Below, in pieces: positions 28,429 through 38,688 of a stretch of DNA of 64,000 bases. Both the position numbers and the translations under genes were made by a program. Below the pieces are notes generated by a model, which did no database searches, was not told the DNA's origin, and saw nothing but the letters and a program-made list of their open reading frames with translations. Within the stretch, counting starts at the first letter, position 1, and each line of letters starts with the position of its first letter. Source of the DNA: Kiritimatiellia bacterium (GTDB taxonomy: Bacteria > Verrucomicrobiota > Kiritimatiellia > JAAZAB01); contig JAXGPF010000006.1 in the NCBI GenBank assembly GCA_040767085.1, positions 96,001 through 160,000 on the forward strand, given 5' to 3'.

Positions 28429-28963
28429 CTTGGGCTGGTCCTCCTTTTTTTGTGTTCACCCATTGCATACGCAATGGATTACGGAAAGGCCAGCCTATTT
28501 TTTTGCCGCCGCTTTATCTCCGTTCCGCCATCGCGCCAATCAGGAGTTATTAATCAGGCTGCTGCGGGGCCGCCAAACGCCCAAAGCGGCAGGCTGTTAA
28601 TAACTCCACCATCTTTTGGCGCCATTGCTTGGAGAACTTCTTAAACTTTAAAACCTGTTTTTTACCCACAAATTCTGGTTAGGAGCCATTGTTTTAAGTT
28701 TCACCTTGGGCTGGTCCTCCTTTTTTTGTGTTCACCCATTGCATACGCAATGGATTACGGAAAGGCCAGCCTATTTTTTTGCCGCCGCTTTATCTCCGTT
28801 CCGCCATCGCGCCAATCAGGAGTTATTAATCAGGCTGCTGCGGGGCCGCCAAACGCCCAAAGCGGCAGGCTGTTAATAACTCCACCATCTTTTGGCGCCA
28901 TTGCTTGGAGAACTTCTTAAACTTTAAAACCTGTTTTTTACCCACAAATTCTGGTTAGGAGCC
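28412..28963. repeat. Direct tandem duplication, 2 x 276 bp (IS end, promoter region and tnp start)
   Basis: 28412-28687 and 28688-28963 read as identical by eye. Confidence 0.95.
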
Positions 28964-29752
28964 ATAATATTTAAACCCCCATCGCTTGAAATAACGCCAT
29001 GCGCTGGTAATAAAATACCATGTAAAACGCATGTTTTTATGTGCTGAACGTTCCCAGAAATGCACCACAGCTGTGCCGGGGCAATAAAATGTTTTATGTG
29101 TTTTTTGTACACGCCGACAAAGATCAGTGTCTTCAAAATACAGAAAATATTGTTCATCAAAACCGCCAATATTTTTAAGCACGGATGTCCGGCAAAACAT
29201 AAAAGCTCCGCTGATGGATGGCACTTCACACACTCTCTCATAGCCAATATCACGCATTTCATAAAAATCCATCCGTTTACGGAATAGCGGCTTCAATACG
29301 CCAGGCAGAAATCGGCGAAGAAATAAATCATATATTGATGGATATCGTTTATTTAAGCCTTGAATAGTTCCGTCTTTATTCAATATTTTGGGCGCTACTA
29401 TTCCTGCTTCTGGATTTGCTTCCATAAAACAACGCAATGCCATAAATGTATCTGCCTGCACCGTCATGTCAGAATTCATAATAACAAAATATCGACTGTC
29501 TGATCTTTTCAGATTGAGATTATGGTTTGCGCCATATCCAGCAATTGCATCATTACAAATCAATTCGACTTCCGGATAATCACGGCAAATAAAATCAGAT
29601 GTTCCGTCCACGGACCGGTTGTCAACCAGCAGTATTTTAGCGCTTGCCTGATGCGCCGCCGGCAACAGTGTTGGCAATAGCCTCTCCAAGTGGTGTTTTT
29701 GATTATGGCTAACCAGCGATATAACAATATCTTCTTTATTTACCGAATGCAT
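28955..29752 (-). CDS. GT2 glycosyltransferase (WbbL/rhamnosyltransferase-like)
   Basis: VDNRSVDGT, GYGANHN, MNSD, ISGAFM, GGFDEQYFLYFEDTDLCRR; last two codons and stop supplied by ISL3. Confidence 0.92.
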   Translation of the reverse strand: MHSVNKEDIVISLVSHNQKHHLERLLPTLLPAAHQASAKILLVDNRSVDGTSDFICRDYPEVELICNDAIAGYGANHNLNLKRSDSRYFVIMNSDMTVQADTFMALRCFMEANPEAGIVAPKILNKDGTIQGLNKRYPSIYDLFLRRFLPGVLKPLFRKRMDFYEMRDIGYERVCEVPSISGAFMFCRTSVLKNIGGFDEQYFLYFEDTDLCRRVQKTHKTFYCPGTAVVHFWERSAHKNMRFTWYFITSAWRYFKRWGFKYYGS

Positions 29753-29784
29753 TTTCTTAATTGATATTTTCTCCGCTGTTTTTC

Positions 29785-30696
29785 CCAGGCTGTTCCAGTG
29801 TAAATAATAAACGGTTCAGTAGCATACCATAGAAAACATAAAGTGTTGGAATGACCCCCGGCGTCATAACATAATGACGGGCGAGCAAGCCAAACCGAAA
29901 GGATTATTCCAACAGTAAAATAATACACCATGTTGAAGCAGGTCTGCAATCTTTATCCTGGATTGCGCAGGATTTTTCTGCCGCATTTGGTGAATCGTCT
30001 GGCGCAGGAACACGGCGTTGATAAAAAGAGCAGGACATTTACGCCATGGAGTCATGTGGTGGCATTGCTTTATGTGCATCTGACGCACGCCATGGGCTTG
30101 AACGATGTTTGCGACAGTTTTAAAATGCATAAGGGCGCGTTGGCAACGATCCGAGGCGCCACGCCCCCTGCGCGCAACAATCTGAGCTACTCCAAAATAG
30201 TACGAGTTGCGGCTATGGCGAAAGAGTTGCATTTGGCTATGATTGATTGCCTAATACGGCAAAGCCCAGCTTTTGCGCTCAGCAAAATCCGCAGCGGCTA
30301 TTTGCGGCGTTTTCGCCGCGCCATTCACACATTTGATTCCACAACGATCATACTGGTGGCGAATTGTCTGGACCGGGCCAAACAAAGGCGACAGAAAACG
30401 GCGGCGAAATGTCACTTGCGGCTGAACATGCAAAGTATTCTGCCGTCTTACGGGATTATAGAAAATGCCATATTTCATGATGCCCGCAAAGCGTGGGATC
30501 CATGCGCAAGCCTGCAAAAAGGCGAAATTGTGGCGTTTGACAAGGCTTATGTGGATTTCACCCATCTGCATGAATTGACGGAACGCGGAGTTGCTGAGTG
30601 ACGAGGGCCAAGGATAATATGCGCTATCACATTGTAAAACGGCTGAAGCGAATCGGCAATAAACGGGTTTGGGGTGATTCCTGTGGGACAGCCATG
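29785..30696 (+). mobile_element. Degenerate, internally deleted IS4-family element
   Basis: Transposase fragment plus imperfect IR-like ends CCAGGCTGTTCCAG / CTGTGGGACAGCCATG; left boundary uncertain. Confidence 0.6.
29930..30680 (+). pseudogene. IS4-family (DUF4372 + DDE) transposase fragment
   Basis: RTFTPWSHVVALLY, DSTTI.L, AKCHLRL, FDKAYVDF, frameshift near 30595 to VTRAKDN; C-terminal part missing. Confidence 0.82.
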
Positions 30697-30801
30697 TGTA
30701 CGAAGGGGGGGGGCATAGTGGAATATTACAAATATACCGGAACTGAACTTCTGGATAACAACTCATATTTATCAGGAAATAACGGCTTTTCAGACCATAT
30801 A

Positions 30802-31974
30802 TTAATCTTGTGGAATGCTAGTGTTTACAACATACTTATTATAAAGTCGGTCATAAAGCTTGTTGTAATTATGCACCATGATGTCAACCGAGAATAATGT
30901 CTCTACGCGCGCACGAGCATTATTTCCAATTGCAGATCTTTTCCCAGGATCAACGACTAAACTATCCAATGCACAACAAAACGAATCAATATCATCCAGC
31001 TTGACACAAATACCACCCTGTCTTTTATTTATAATTTCATTTAATGGCCCAATATCATAAACAACGCACGGCAACCCGGTTGCCATCGCTTCGACCAGTG
31101 CCAGCCCGAAGCCCTCAGCCCGTGTTGTCATGGCAAAAATATCAAAAGCCTGAATTACGCGTGGAATATCCGTGCGGAAACCAGTCAATATTATTGATCT
31201 CGACAAACCGGACGCGGCAATCATATTTTCCAAATTCCTGCGTTCATTACCTTCGCCAACTATTACAAATTGCAACATATTGTTTTGCTGCAACATTATA
31301 CGTGCGACATTTATTAGCGCCGAATAGTTTTTTCTATGTATCAGACCGCCGACCGAACCAATTACTATTGCGCTAAGAGACAGCCCTAATTCCTTTCGGA
31401 CATTATTGCACTCACGACGATATTGATCATATTTATTATATTCTATTCCATTATAAATTCTCACAACCTTTTCAATCGATATGTTCATGCTTTTTTGTAT
31501 ATGCTTACAAACACTATCTGACACTCCGACATGAATTACTGCTGTACTGTCTGTTAATTTCTCAAGGCATCTTGCTGCACTATCTCGAAGTTTATTTCCC
31601 ACCATATAATCTTCAACCCCATGATGAGTTGATATTACCATTGGGACACCTGCAATCCGGGCGGCTATTCGGCCGTAAATATTTGCTCGTAAAAGATGAC
31701 AATGCAATATTTCTGGTTTTTTTAAGCGCAACGCCTTAACCAGCGGAAACAAAATGCGCGCATCCAAGAAAGAGCGTGCCATTTTAAAATCAAGGTATTC
31801 AGAACCTGTGCTCTGTATCGTCGCGCTTAAGTCGCGATCAGCCGGCGCGGGATAAAGCGACCATACGGAGAACCTATACCGTTTTTGATCAGAACGTTCA
31901 ACAATCGGAAATAGCACATTGCTTGGTCCATGATTGGCCATGCAAGATGTAATTAGATGACATATTTTTATCAT
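30802..31974 (-). CDS. GT4 glycosyltransferase
   Basis: KPEILHCH, IYNGI, GFRTDI, EGFGLALVEAMA.GLP.V. Confidence 0.93.
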   Translation of the reverse strand: MIKICHLITSCMANHGPSNVLFPIVERSDQKRYRFSVWSLYPAPADRDLSATIQSTGSEYLDFKMARSFLDARILFPLVKALRLKKPEILHCHLLRANIYGRIAARIAGVPMVISTHHGVEDYMVGNKLRDSAARCLEKLTDSTAVIHVGVSDSVCKHIQKSMNISIEKVVRIYNGIEYNKYDQYRRECNNVRKELGLSLSAIVIGSVGGLIHRKNYSALINVARIMLQQNNMLQFVIVGEGNERRNLENMIAASGLSRSIILTGFRTDIPRVIQAFDIFAMTTRAEGFGLALVEAMATGLPCVVYDIGPLNEIINKRQGGICVKLDDIDSFCCALDSLVVDPGKRSAIGNNARARVETLFSVDIMVHNYNKLYDRLYNKYVVNTSIPQD

Positions 31975-31995
31975 TATAAACGAAATGCGATTAAT

Positions 31996-33282
31996 TTATA
32001 CTTTGGTTATATTACAGTTCTTATTGAAGCAGTAAAACGGCAATGCGGAAATCATGGCCAATATTATCCATATTTCCATCTCGGTAAAATCCGCCATAGT
32101 GCCCCCAACGACTAAATAATAGACGAGGCCTCCCATCAATCCGGCAATAAATATATAATTAGCTTTTTGCAATATATTCGTACGGCTAAAGCGACGCAAC
32201 ATAGTTATCGCGGCAAAATAGATTCCGGCGAATATAGTAAAGCCGCAAAGCCCTAATTCAGCCAATATTTGCAGATAAACATTATGAACACACAAATATT
32301 TCAAATTGCTGGCCATCCTGCCTTCTTCGCCGCCCATACCTATGCCGACACCGGTAACAGGATAATATTTAATAATTTCCACCGAGTTCTTCCACAGATC
32401 AAATCGCTCAATAATAGCCGGATCAGATACTGGTTCACGCATGCTATACAAACGCCCTGTTATGACTCTCATATATCCTTGCGAATCCAGATAAATAATT
32501 AATACCGCCATAACAATCAAGAACTTGGCTATTATTCCGGGTTTGAACCGCAGAATACTTTTCATTTTAAAAACAAACCATGCCACGCCGGCAATCAGTC
32601 CGAGCCACACGCTGCGCGACAAGGTGGCCAATTCCACTATTAATAAAATCAATAATACATTATAAAACACCACTTTTCGCCGTGCTGGCCCATTGGACCA
32701 TAAGCCGGTCGCCAGCCATAATATGATCGTCGTCCCGGTCCAAAGCGCCAGGGAATTTACGGTTCCTGAAAATGTTGCCTGGCTTACATCCATACTTCGC
32801 CAAGACCGCAATACGTCCGATGTAAAGCCATCTATAGAGATTAGCGCAGCTAATTTCAATTCACCCCGAATAACAGCCATAACTAAATAGTAATATATGT
32901 AGGCGAACGACATGATCATTCCGTTAATGACACATGTTGCCACGGTCCGATAATCAAGTAGCAACCAAAACAATATGATAAAGTACAATACTAAATTTCT
33001 TAAATACTTACTGGCGCGAACAACCCCATACTCATAATCCGGCGACCACAAAACAGACGTAAAACAATATAGCACAAACAATATCAATAATCCGTCCAAC
33101 ACACCCAGCCGCAATCTTATGATTCCGGCAAACATCTGACACAGAACTACTCCGGCTCCCAACAGGATGACAACATCGCCAGGGCGAATATTAGCGCCAT
33201 TTAATTCCACAACGGAGATATTCCGAATAGGGATCGTGAAAGCGATCAAAAAGGCGAGATATTTATGGATATTCTTGAACAC
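31996..33282 (-). CDS. O-antigen polymerase/ligase family membrane protein (Wzy-like)
   Basis: ~11 TM segments, TLSRSVWLG, ERFDLW, GVGIG, HNVYLQILAELG. Confidence 0.85.
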   Translation of the reverse strand: MFKNIHKYLAFLIAFTIPIRNISVVELNGANIRPGDVVILLGAGVVLCQMFAGIIRLRLGVLDGLLILFVLYCFTSVLWSPDYEYGVVRASKYLRNLVLYFIILFWLLLDYRTVATCVINGMIMSFAYIYYYLVMAVIRGELKLAALISIDGFTSDVLRSWRSMDVSQATFSGTVNSLALWTGTTIILWLATGLWSNGPARRKVVFYNVLLILLIVELATLSRSVWLGLIAGVAWFVFKMKSILRFKPGIIAKFLIVMAVLIIYLDSQGYMRVITGRLYSMREPVSDPAIIERFDLWKNSVEIIKYYPVTGVGIGMGGEEGRMASNLKYLCVHNVYLQILAELGLCGFTIFAGIYFAAITMLRRFSRTNILQKANYIFIAGLMGGLVYYLVVGGTMADFTEMEIWIILAMISALPFYCFNKNCNITKV

Positions 33283-33407
33283 TATTATAATTCAGATTAA
33301 ATAACACATACACTATAAACGCAATAATAAACTGACACGATGTCTGTAATACCAGTAGAATTCAACATGATAATTTCAATTATTTCCCGGTCGCGACCAT
33401 CATGCTG

Positions 33408-34520
33408 CTATGATAAAGCATCATTAAGATAATCAATACCTATTTTCCGAAATGCCGCTAGACCAGCGTCCACATGTTTCCAATCTATGCCACTGGAATG
33501 TATATATGTAATCAAATCACATTCATATTTATCAATTGCCCGCTGCGACAATCCCACCACATCAAGAAGCGATAAAATGCGGTTGTTCATCTTGGCTTCA
33601 TCCCGCCCACGCAATAATACTATAAACGGACGGTGAAATAACAAGCAGAATACTAAACCATGAAATGAATTGGTTATGACGTATTCTGCCTTCATTAATC
33701 TGGTTAACCATACTCCCGGATCAATCAAAGCGCCACCACAAAGGCCGCGAACAAGATTATATATATGCGGAGAATACAACCGGACGTAACTGGCGCCAAT
33801 TTTCGAATACTGGCGAATATGCTTCAAGACACTTGCCGCCAACACATCGTTAGTGGCCCCCAACAAATATAAAAATATATATGGTGTTTTTTGCCGTTTA
33901 TCCTCCGCCGCGATCAAACGATATTCCGGAGCGGTCAATAACAATGTCGGATCCGGCACAAACACGGCATCATTGCGACCTAGTTTTCTCACAAGGTCAA
34001 CGCCATCTTTTTCACGCACACTAACGTGATTAAGCTTGCGGGCGAATACCGACCATTTTTTACAAATATCATCAGCCAAATCTGAGAGTCCAAAACTTGC
34101 CGCATAAGATATTCGGCGCGCTTTTTCATCTCCAAACCCAAGCCATACAACAAAGTCATCATTTGGCCGAAGATATTTTGGGCCCCACACCTGATCGCTG
34201 CCGGCGATAAACGCATCCGCAACCGGCGGCGTATCGAGCAACTCGAATCTGGAATATTTACGAGTAATATCCGGCAAATACCGGCAACGATACTGATAAA
34301 ATTTGTACCTTAAGCAATTATCATATATTTTACTGACCACCCCCGGCGGTTGGCGAGAAATCCATGAACGGGGATGAAATATTGAAGAATTCCACATGAA
34401 CTCATAATTAATGAAAAATGGGGAATGCCCCATTTTGAGTAAATGCGTTTGCAGCGCATATGCCTGCAAGACCGCTCCATAGTTTCGCACGGCATGTAAT
34501 GTCACAATACCGATTTTCAA
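33408..34520 (-). CDS. Polysaccharide pyruvyl transferase family
   Basis: NYGAVLQAYAL, GSDQVW, SYAASFG, SVRE, DPTLLL, TNSFHG. Confidence 0.92.
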   Translation of the reverse strand: MKIGIVTLHAVRNYGAVLQAYALQTHLLKMGHSPFFINYEFMWNSSIFHPRSWISRQPPGVVSKIYDNCLRYKFYQYRCRYLPDITRKYSRFELLDTPPVADAFIAGSDQVWGPKYLRPNDDFVVWLGFGDEKARRISYAASFGLSDLADDICKKWSVFARKLNHVSVREKDGVDLVRKLGRNDAVFVPDPTLLLTAPEYRLIAAEDKRQKTPYIFLYLLGATNDVLAASVLKHIRQYSKIGASYVRLYSPHIYNLVRGLCGGALIDPGVWLTRLMKAEYVITNSFHGLVFCLLFHRPFIVLLRGRDEAKMNNRILSLLDVVGLSQRAIDKYECDLITYIHSSGIDWKHVDAGLAAFRKIGIDYLNDALS

Positions 34521-34535
34521 GCCAATACTCCGTTG

Positions 34536-35756
34536 TTATCTTCTCCGCATAATTTTAACGACAAACCATAAACGGTGTTTCACTAACGCTATCGCCCGAC
34601 GGAGAAAAGACGGCGTATAAAGCCGGTATTTTCGGGCAACATCATCAAAAGTCATTTTTACCAACTCCCGATAGAAATCATCACGCCGACGAGGATGCGC
34701 CACAGGGCGGACCAAGGCAGGGTTGCCCGCCGCAGCTACCGCCAAATCCGCGGCGCCGACAAACAAGTCCTGTCCACATTCATCGAGCAATTTTTTCCCT
34801 TTTACGTTATTAACCAGCACAAGCGAAGTGCCCTTGTCGTCGCGATCATATTCCGGATATTTTTTTGATACTCCCCAAAAATCAGCAATTGTTATGTCCC
34901 CGCCTCGCGAGATGTTTGCGAATTGGCATTTGTAACATGATAACCGCAATGAGATGTCACTAAGAAATGCCGCCATATAAGCATCATCGAAAACATAATC
35001 TGCCACTATCTCGCCATTATCAAAATATTTACATACGCTGTATTTTTTCCATCCTGAAATCTTATTGCGAAAAGATACCGCCAACAGTTTCAGTCCTTTT
35101 TCGTTATAATGCTGAACATATTTTTCTAACAGCAGCGGTGATGGCACTCCATGACATACCATATCACAACACCAAAGCGTGTCATATTCTCGACGCAAAT
35201 AACCACGCAGCCCGGCCACTTGACATGGCGTCCCCGAAAAGAGGACATAGCGCCCATTTTTCAGCATGTTATGAATATCGCGATATAGATTTGGATCAAT
35301 TTCACTCTGGACATACTTGGAACCGCGCAGGCGATGAATATCAGCAGATTTATCAATGAGTATATGACGAACTACAAGATTAGCATCGAAAGCGGCGCCG
35401 ACAACGGCGCCGCCGCGTTTCAAAACATTTTCAGCTAATGCGGTAAACACTCCGCCGGAAGAACTATCCATACGAATTTGCTCATTCGTATTCCAAGCAG
35501 CATACACAAGGGGTGGTGATATAATCCCGCTTTGATTATTAGATAAAGTATTTGGCAATAATTTCTGATTAACGGGGCATATTTGGCGACAAATATTACA
35601 ATTATTACAAAGACCCAACTTGATTTGCGGATGCGCAAACCCCTCGAGATCCGACCGCATCTCGATGGCGTTTTGAATACAAACAGCAGCGCAGGCGGCG
35701 CAGCCTGTGCAACTTTCTAAATTTGTTCCTAGCGGATGTCTTGCCTTGTTTATCAT
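34536..35756 (-). CDS. Fe-S protein with FrhB (F420 hydrogenase beta) C-terminal domain
   Basis: CTGCAAC...C and CNNCNIC...CP; SSSGGVF, GSKYVQS, SGTPCQVAG, CHGVPS, SCYKC, DITIADFWG. Confidence 0.92.
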   Translation of the reverse strand: MINKARHPLGTNLESCTGCAACAAVCIQNAIEMRSDLEGFAHPQIKLGLCNNCNICRQICPVNQKLLPNTLSNNQSGIISPPLVYAAWNTNEQIRMDSSSGGVFTALAENVLKRGGAVVGAAFDANLVVRHILIDKSADIHRLRGSKYVQSEIDPNLYRDIHNMLKNGRYVLFSGTPCQVAGLRGYLRREYDTLWCCDMVCHGVPSPLLLEKYVQHYNEKGLKLLAVSFRNKISGWKKYSVCKYFDNGEIVADYVFDDAYMAAFLSDISLRLSCYKCQFANISRGGDITIADFWGVSKKYPEYDRDDKGTSLVLVNNVKGKKLLDECGQDLFVGAADLAVAAAGNPALVRPVAHPRRRDDFYRELVKMTFDDVARKYRLYTPSFLRRAIALVKHRLWFVVKIMRRR

Positions 35757-35798
35757 AATTATTTTAAAAAGAAGGATGTCAAGGCTATAACATGCTTG

Positions 35799-37331
35799 TC
35801 AACTATGTTTAAATATATTCAGTATACGCCGGCTTGCTTGGTAAGCATAAGCTCGTTCCCTGTGATCAAACGCAAAAATCAAGGAAGTTAAAATTGCGAA
35901 CAGCACTCCAGACAGACCAGTAATAATCAGGCGCACACAAGATGGCGACAACCAGAGACGTGGAATCAAGACGGCAATCGTTGACACAAAAGCGACTATT
36001 CCACAAGGCAAAAACACCTGCCTTAACCATTGCAGGACCGACACTCCCAAAAGCCGACGCATCCATAACACACGTCCCACGGAAACAGCGCCAACAGTAA
36101 AAATAAATGCGCACCCTACACTGGCCGGAGGAGCGTCAAACCACAAGCCAACCCAGGCCAGCGGCACAGTCAATATTAAACAAGTCCCCAATGTTGCCTG
36201 ATAACCGGCAATTTTTCCATAGGCGCTTACCGCAAGCATATTGCCAGCGGACAAACGATCAAAAACAACTGACACTAAAATCAACTGACACAAAACGGCT
36301 GAATAAACCGGCGGCTCATTGAGCCATATTTTCAGCACATAATCCATTTCCGCTATAAGCGGTATTGCAACCAACGTGATCAAAATCGCACCATATTTAT
36401 TCGCTAATTGCGCGAGGCAGATCATTCGCTTTCGATCACCGCGACCTTCCATTGAAGTCATTTCCGGCGCCAACGCGTTTAGCATAGCGTTTGACAATAA
36501 ATTTGCAGCCCGGGAAGCCTGGTAGGCTATATCGTAGGCGGCATTCACTTTCGGTCCAAAATGAACATTCAGTAAGACCGCAGACCCATGATCTCGTATG
36601 GTCCCACCCAATGCTCCAAATAGATTCCAGCCGGCAAATGAAAATACTTCCTTAATGCGCGTGAGATCATGCCAATAACTCAACTTAATACTGCAGTCTA
36701 CAAATACTATAAAAGCCCTCGCAATTTGAACGGTCTGAATAAATATTATAATCAATACCATTCCTGCGCTATAAATAATAAGTTTATCACCTTCAAAATA
36801 TCTTAAAAACAAAGCCAGGGAAAAAGACAAAAATGACTGAAATATAAACCATACCGCCAGTTCAACCATGTGCTGTCTTGCGACGAACATTGCAACAAAC
36901 GGCATGGAAATCATGCTAACAAAAACTGAAACCAACGAAAGATTGAAGACCCAAAGACATGCGCTGATTCTATCCGCCGGCACATTAAGCAGATGCTTTA
37001 TGAGATATTCACCCAGAAGATAGCCAATAATGGTTAATAAGGATGCCAAAACAATGTGAATGCCAATAGCCGTATTAAACCATTTATTAAGCTCATCTTT
37101 ATTACCGCGGCCAATAGCGTAGGCATAATGCCGGGCTGCACTGGTGCCCATAACCGTGTTCAGAATAGTAATAAAAATTATTATCGAACCAACTACGCTA
37201 AATAATCCAAAATCAATTTGCCCTAAAGCATTCAACACCCATCGGTTGCTAAATACCATTAAAACAACAGCAATTATAGAACGCCCATAAGTGGCCATTG
37301 TATTGATAATAACGCGTTTGGATGGTGTCAT
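35799..37331 (-). CDS. Polysaccharide flippase (Wzx/MOP family)
   Basis: RVIINT, LNALG..DFGLFSVVG, FSFAGWN..G, NAAY; ~13 TM segments. Confidence 0.88.
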   Translation of the reverse strand: MTPSKRVIINTMATYGRSIIAVVLMVFSNRWVLNALGQIDFGLFSVVGSIIIFITILNTVMGTSAARHYAYAIGRGNKDELNKWFNTAIGIHIVLASLLTIIGYLLGEYLIKHLLNVPADRISACLWVFNLSLVSVFVSMISMPFVAMFVARQHMVELAVWFIFQSFLSFSLALFLRYFEGDKLIIYSAGMVLIIIFIQTVQIARAFIVFVDCSIKLSYWHDLTRIKEVFSFAGWNLFGALGGTIRDHGSAVLLNVHFGPKVNAAYDIAYQASRAANLLSNAMLNALAPEMTSMEGRGDRKRMICLAQLANKYGAILITLVAIPLIAEMDYVLKIWLNEPPVYSAVLCQLILVSVVFDRLSAGNMLAVSAYGKIAGYQATLGTCLILTVPLAWVGLWFDAPPASVGCAFIFTVGAVSVGRVLWMRRLLGVSVLQWLRQVFLPCGIVAFVSTIAVLIPRLWLSPSCVRLIITGLSGVLFAILTSLIFAFDHRERAYAYQASRRILNIFKHS

Positions 37332-37573
37332 TGCGCGTTGTTGGGATTTATGTTAATGACCTACCCCGAGACACAACAGACCGACAAGACTGCATTGGCA
37401 AAAATAACTTATGTTGTATAATTCGGGAAATGCCTGGGAGTATTGGCAAATTTTATGATTGTAGCCTAAATTCGCATTTATATGCCGCCACAATTTCTAT
37501 CTCTGAATCTAATCGTCCTCAAAAACTCCCCAATATGGATGTGATGTTAACGGACGAAAGATTTTCTATGGAG

Positions 37574-38668
37574 CTATTCCAGCCCCACCCGGCGGGACCA
37601 TTCGTAGATGAAGGCGGCAAAACAGGCAATGAAAAAGGCGGCCAAACCCGCCAGGGCTGTTTTTTTCAGCGCGCCTCGGCTGCTGCGGTACACTACCGGT
37701 TCGCCCAACGGCAATACTTCCTTGGAACTTAATTGCGTGTTGACGTAATCCAGGGCCTGCGCCGCAAGCTCGTCGGCCGCATCGAGTTCCGCGGGCGGCT
37801 TGGCGCCGCCGCCGTTGAAGGATTGCATCCGGCGGGAAATTTCGTCCACCACCCGGATGTAAAATTCGCGGGAACTGACCGCTCCGGCGGCCTTCTGTTC
37901 GGCTTCCGCCAGGCGGTTGCGCGCATCAAGATATTCCTCGTTCATTTCCTGGGACTTGAGCTGCAAATCCCGCATCCGGCCCAGCGCGTTGCTGTCGGAA
38001 GCCTTAACCAGGTCCTGCCACAGGACCGTGTCATCCACCGAGCGGGAAACGGTGATGAATTTCTGGTCTTCCAACTGTTCCGCGTTCTGCCGGGCGGCCT
38101 GAACGGCGGCCGTGTATTTCAACCAGTCCTCCTGCAGTTCCTTCAGGCGGCCGCGGACGTAAATCAAAGCTTTTTCCATGGCCTTGCGCTGGACCTCGCG
38201 CATGGTCTCATCGCGCCAGACGCGCGCGATGGCCAGGGCATCTTCCGACCGGGGCAGGATAATGGAGCCTTGAATGATGCTGGTTTTGGGCGGGCGGATG
38301 ACTTTCATGGACTGCCGCAAATCGGTAAAATCCAGGTTGATGCCCGCGCTCTCGCAAAACTTGTGCACCCGCATGCCGACCACGGAAGACCTGGCGGTTT
38401 CGTGGTGCGTCAGCACGCTGGTCTCGAAGAGGTCCTTGTCCACCCGGCCCTCGCGTGAATATTCCGGCACTACCTCAATCAGGGCGACCGCTTCGAAAGG
38501 GCGCGGTTTCAGGAACAGATACGCGGCAGCCGCGAGCGCCGCCAGCAGCGTAGCCGCCAGGATGCCGCGGCGATGCCGCCAGATCATACGGATCAGGTCG
38601 GCCAGGCTGATAAAATCATCTTCCGGCGTAATCGCGGGGGGCGGGGCATTCTGATTGTTTGCTTGCAT
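37574..38668 (-). CDS. Wzz-like chain-length determinant
   Basis: EDDFISLADLIRMIWRHR, N- and C-terminal TM helices, coiled-coil middle. Confidence 0.8.
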   Translation of the reverse strand: MQANNQNAPPPAITPEDDFISLADLIRMIWRHRRGILAATLLAALAAAAYLFLKPRPFEAVALIEVVPEYSREGRVDKDLFETSVLTHHETARSSVVGMRVHKFCESAGINLDFTDLRQSMKVIRPPKTSIIQGSIILPRSEDALAIARVWRDETMREVQRKAMEKALIYVRGRLKELQEDWLKYTAAVQAARQNAEQLEDQKFITVSRSVDDTVLWQDLVKASDSNALGRMRDLQLKSQEMNEEYLDARNRLAEAEQKAAGAVSSREFYIRVVDEISRRMQSFNGGGAKPPAELDAADELAAQALDYVNTQLSSKEVLPLGEPVVYRSSRGALKKTALAGLAAFFIACFAAFIYEWSRRVGLE

Positions 38669-38688
38669 GGGATCACCTGGTTACTGTG

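Larger units (their letters stand above)
27154..28963 (-). mobile_element. ISL3-family insertion sequence with tandem-duplicated left end
   Basis: IRs GGCTCCTAACCAGAATTTGTGGGT vs GTTTCCTCACCAGAATTTGTGGGT (21/24); 8-bp TSD ATAATATT at 27146-27153 and 28964-28971. Confidence 0.95.

Noticed and set aside
27232-28644. 470-aa plus-strand ORF
   Set aside because: Antisense shadow of the ISL3 transposase with no recognisable motifs.
29740-29949. Small ORF or GT fragment next to the IS4 remnant
   Set aside because: No family motif, and it overlaps the probable IS left end.
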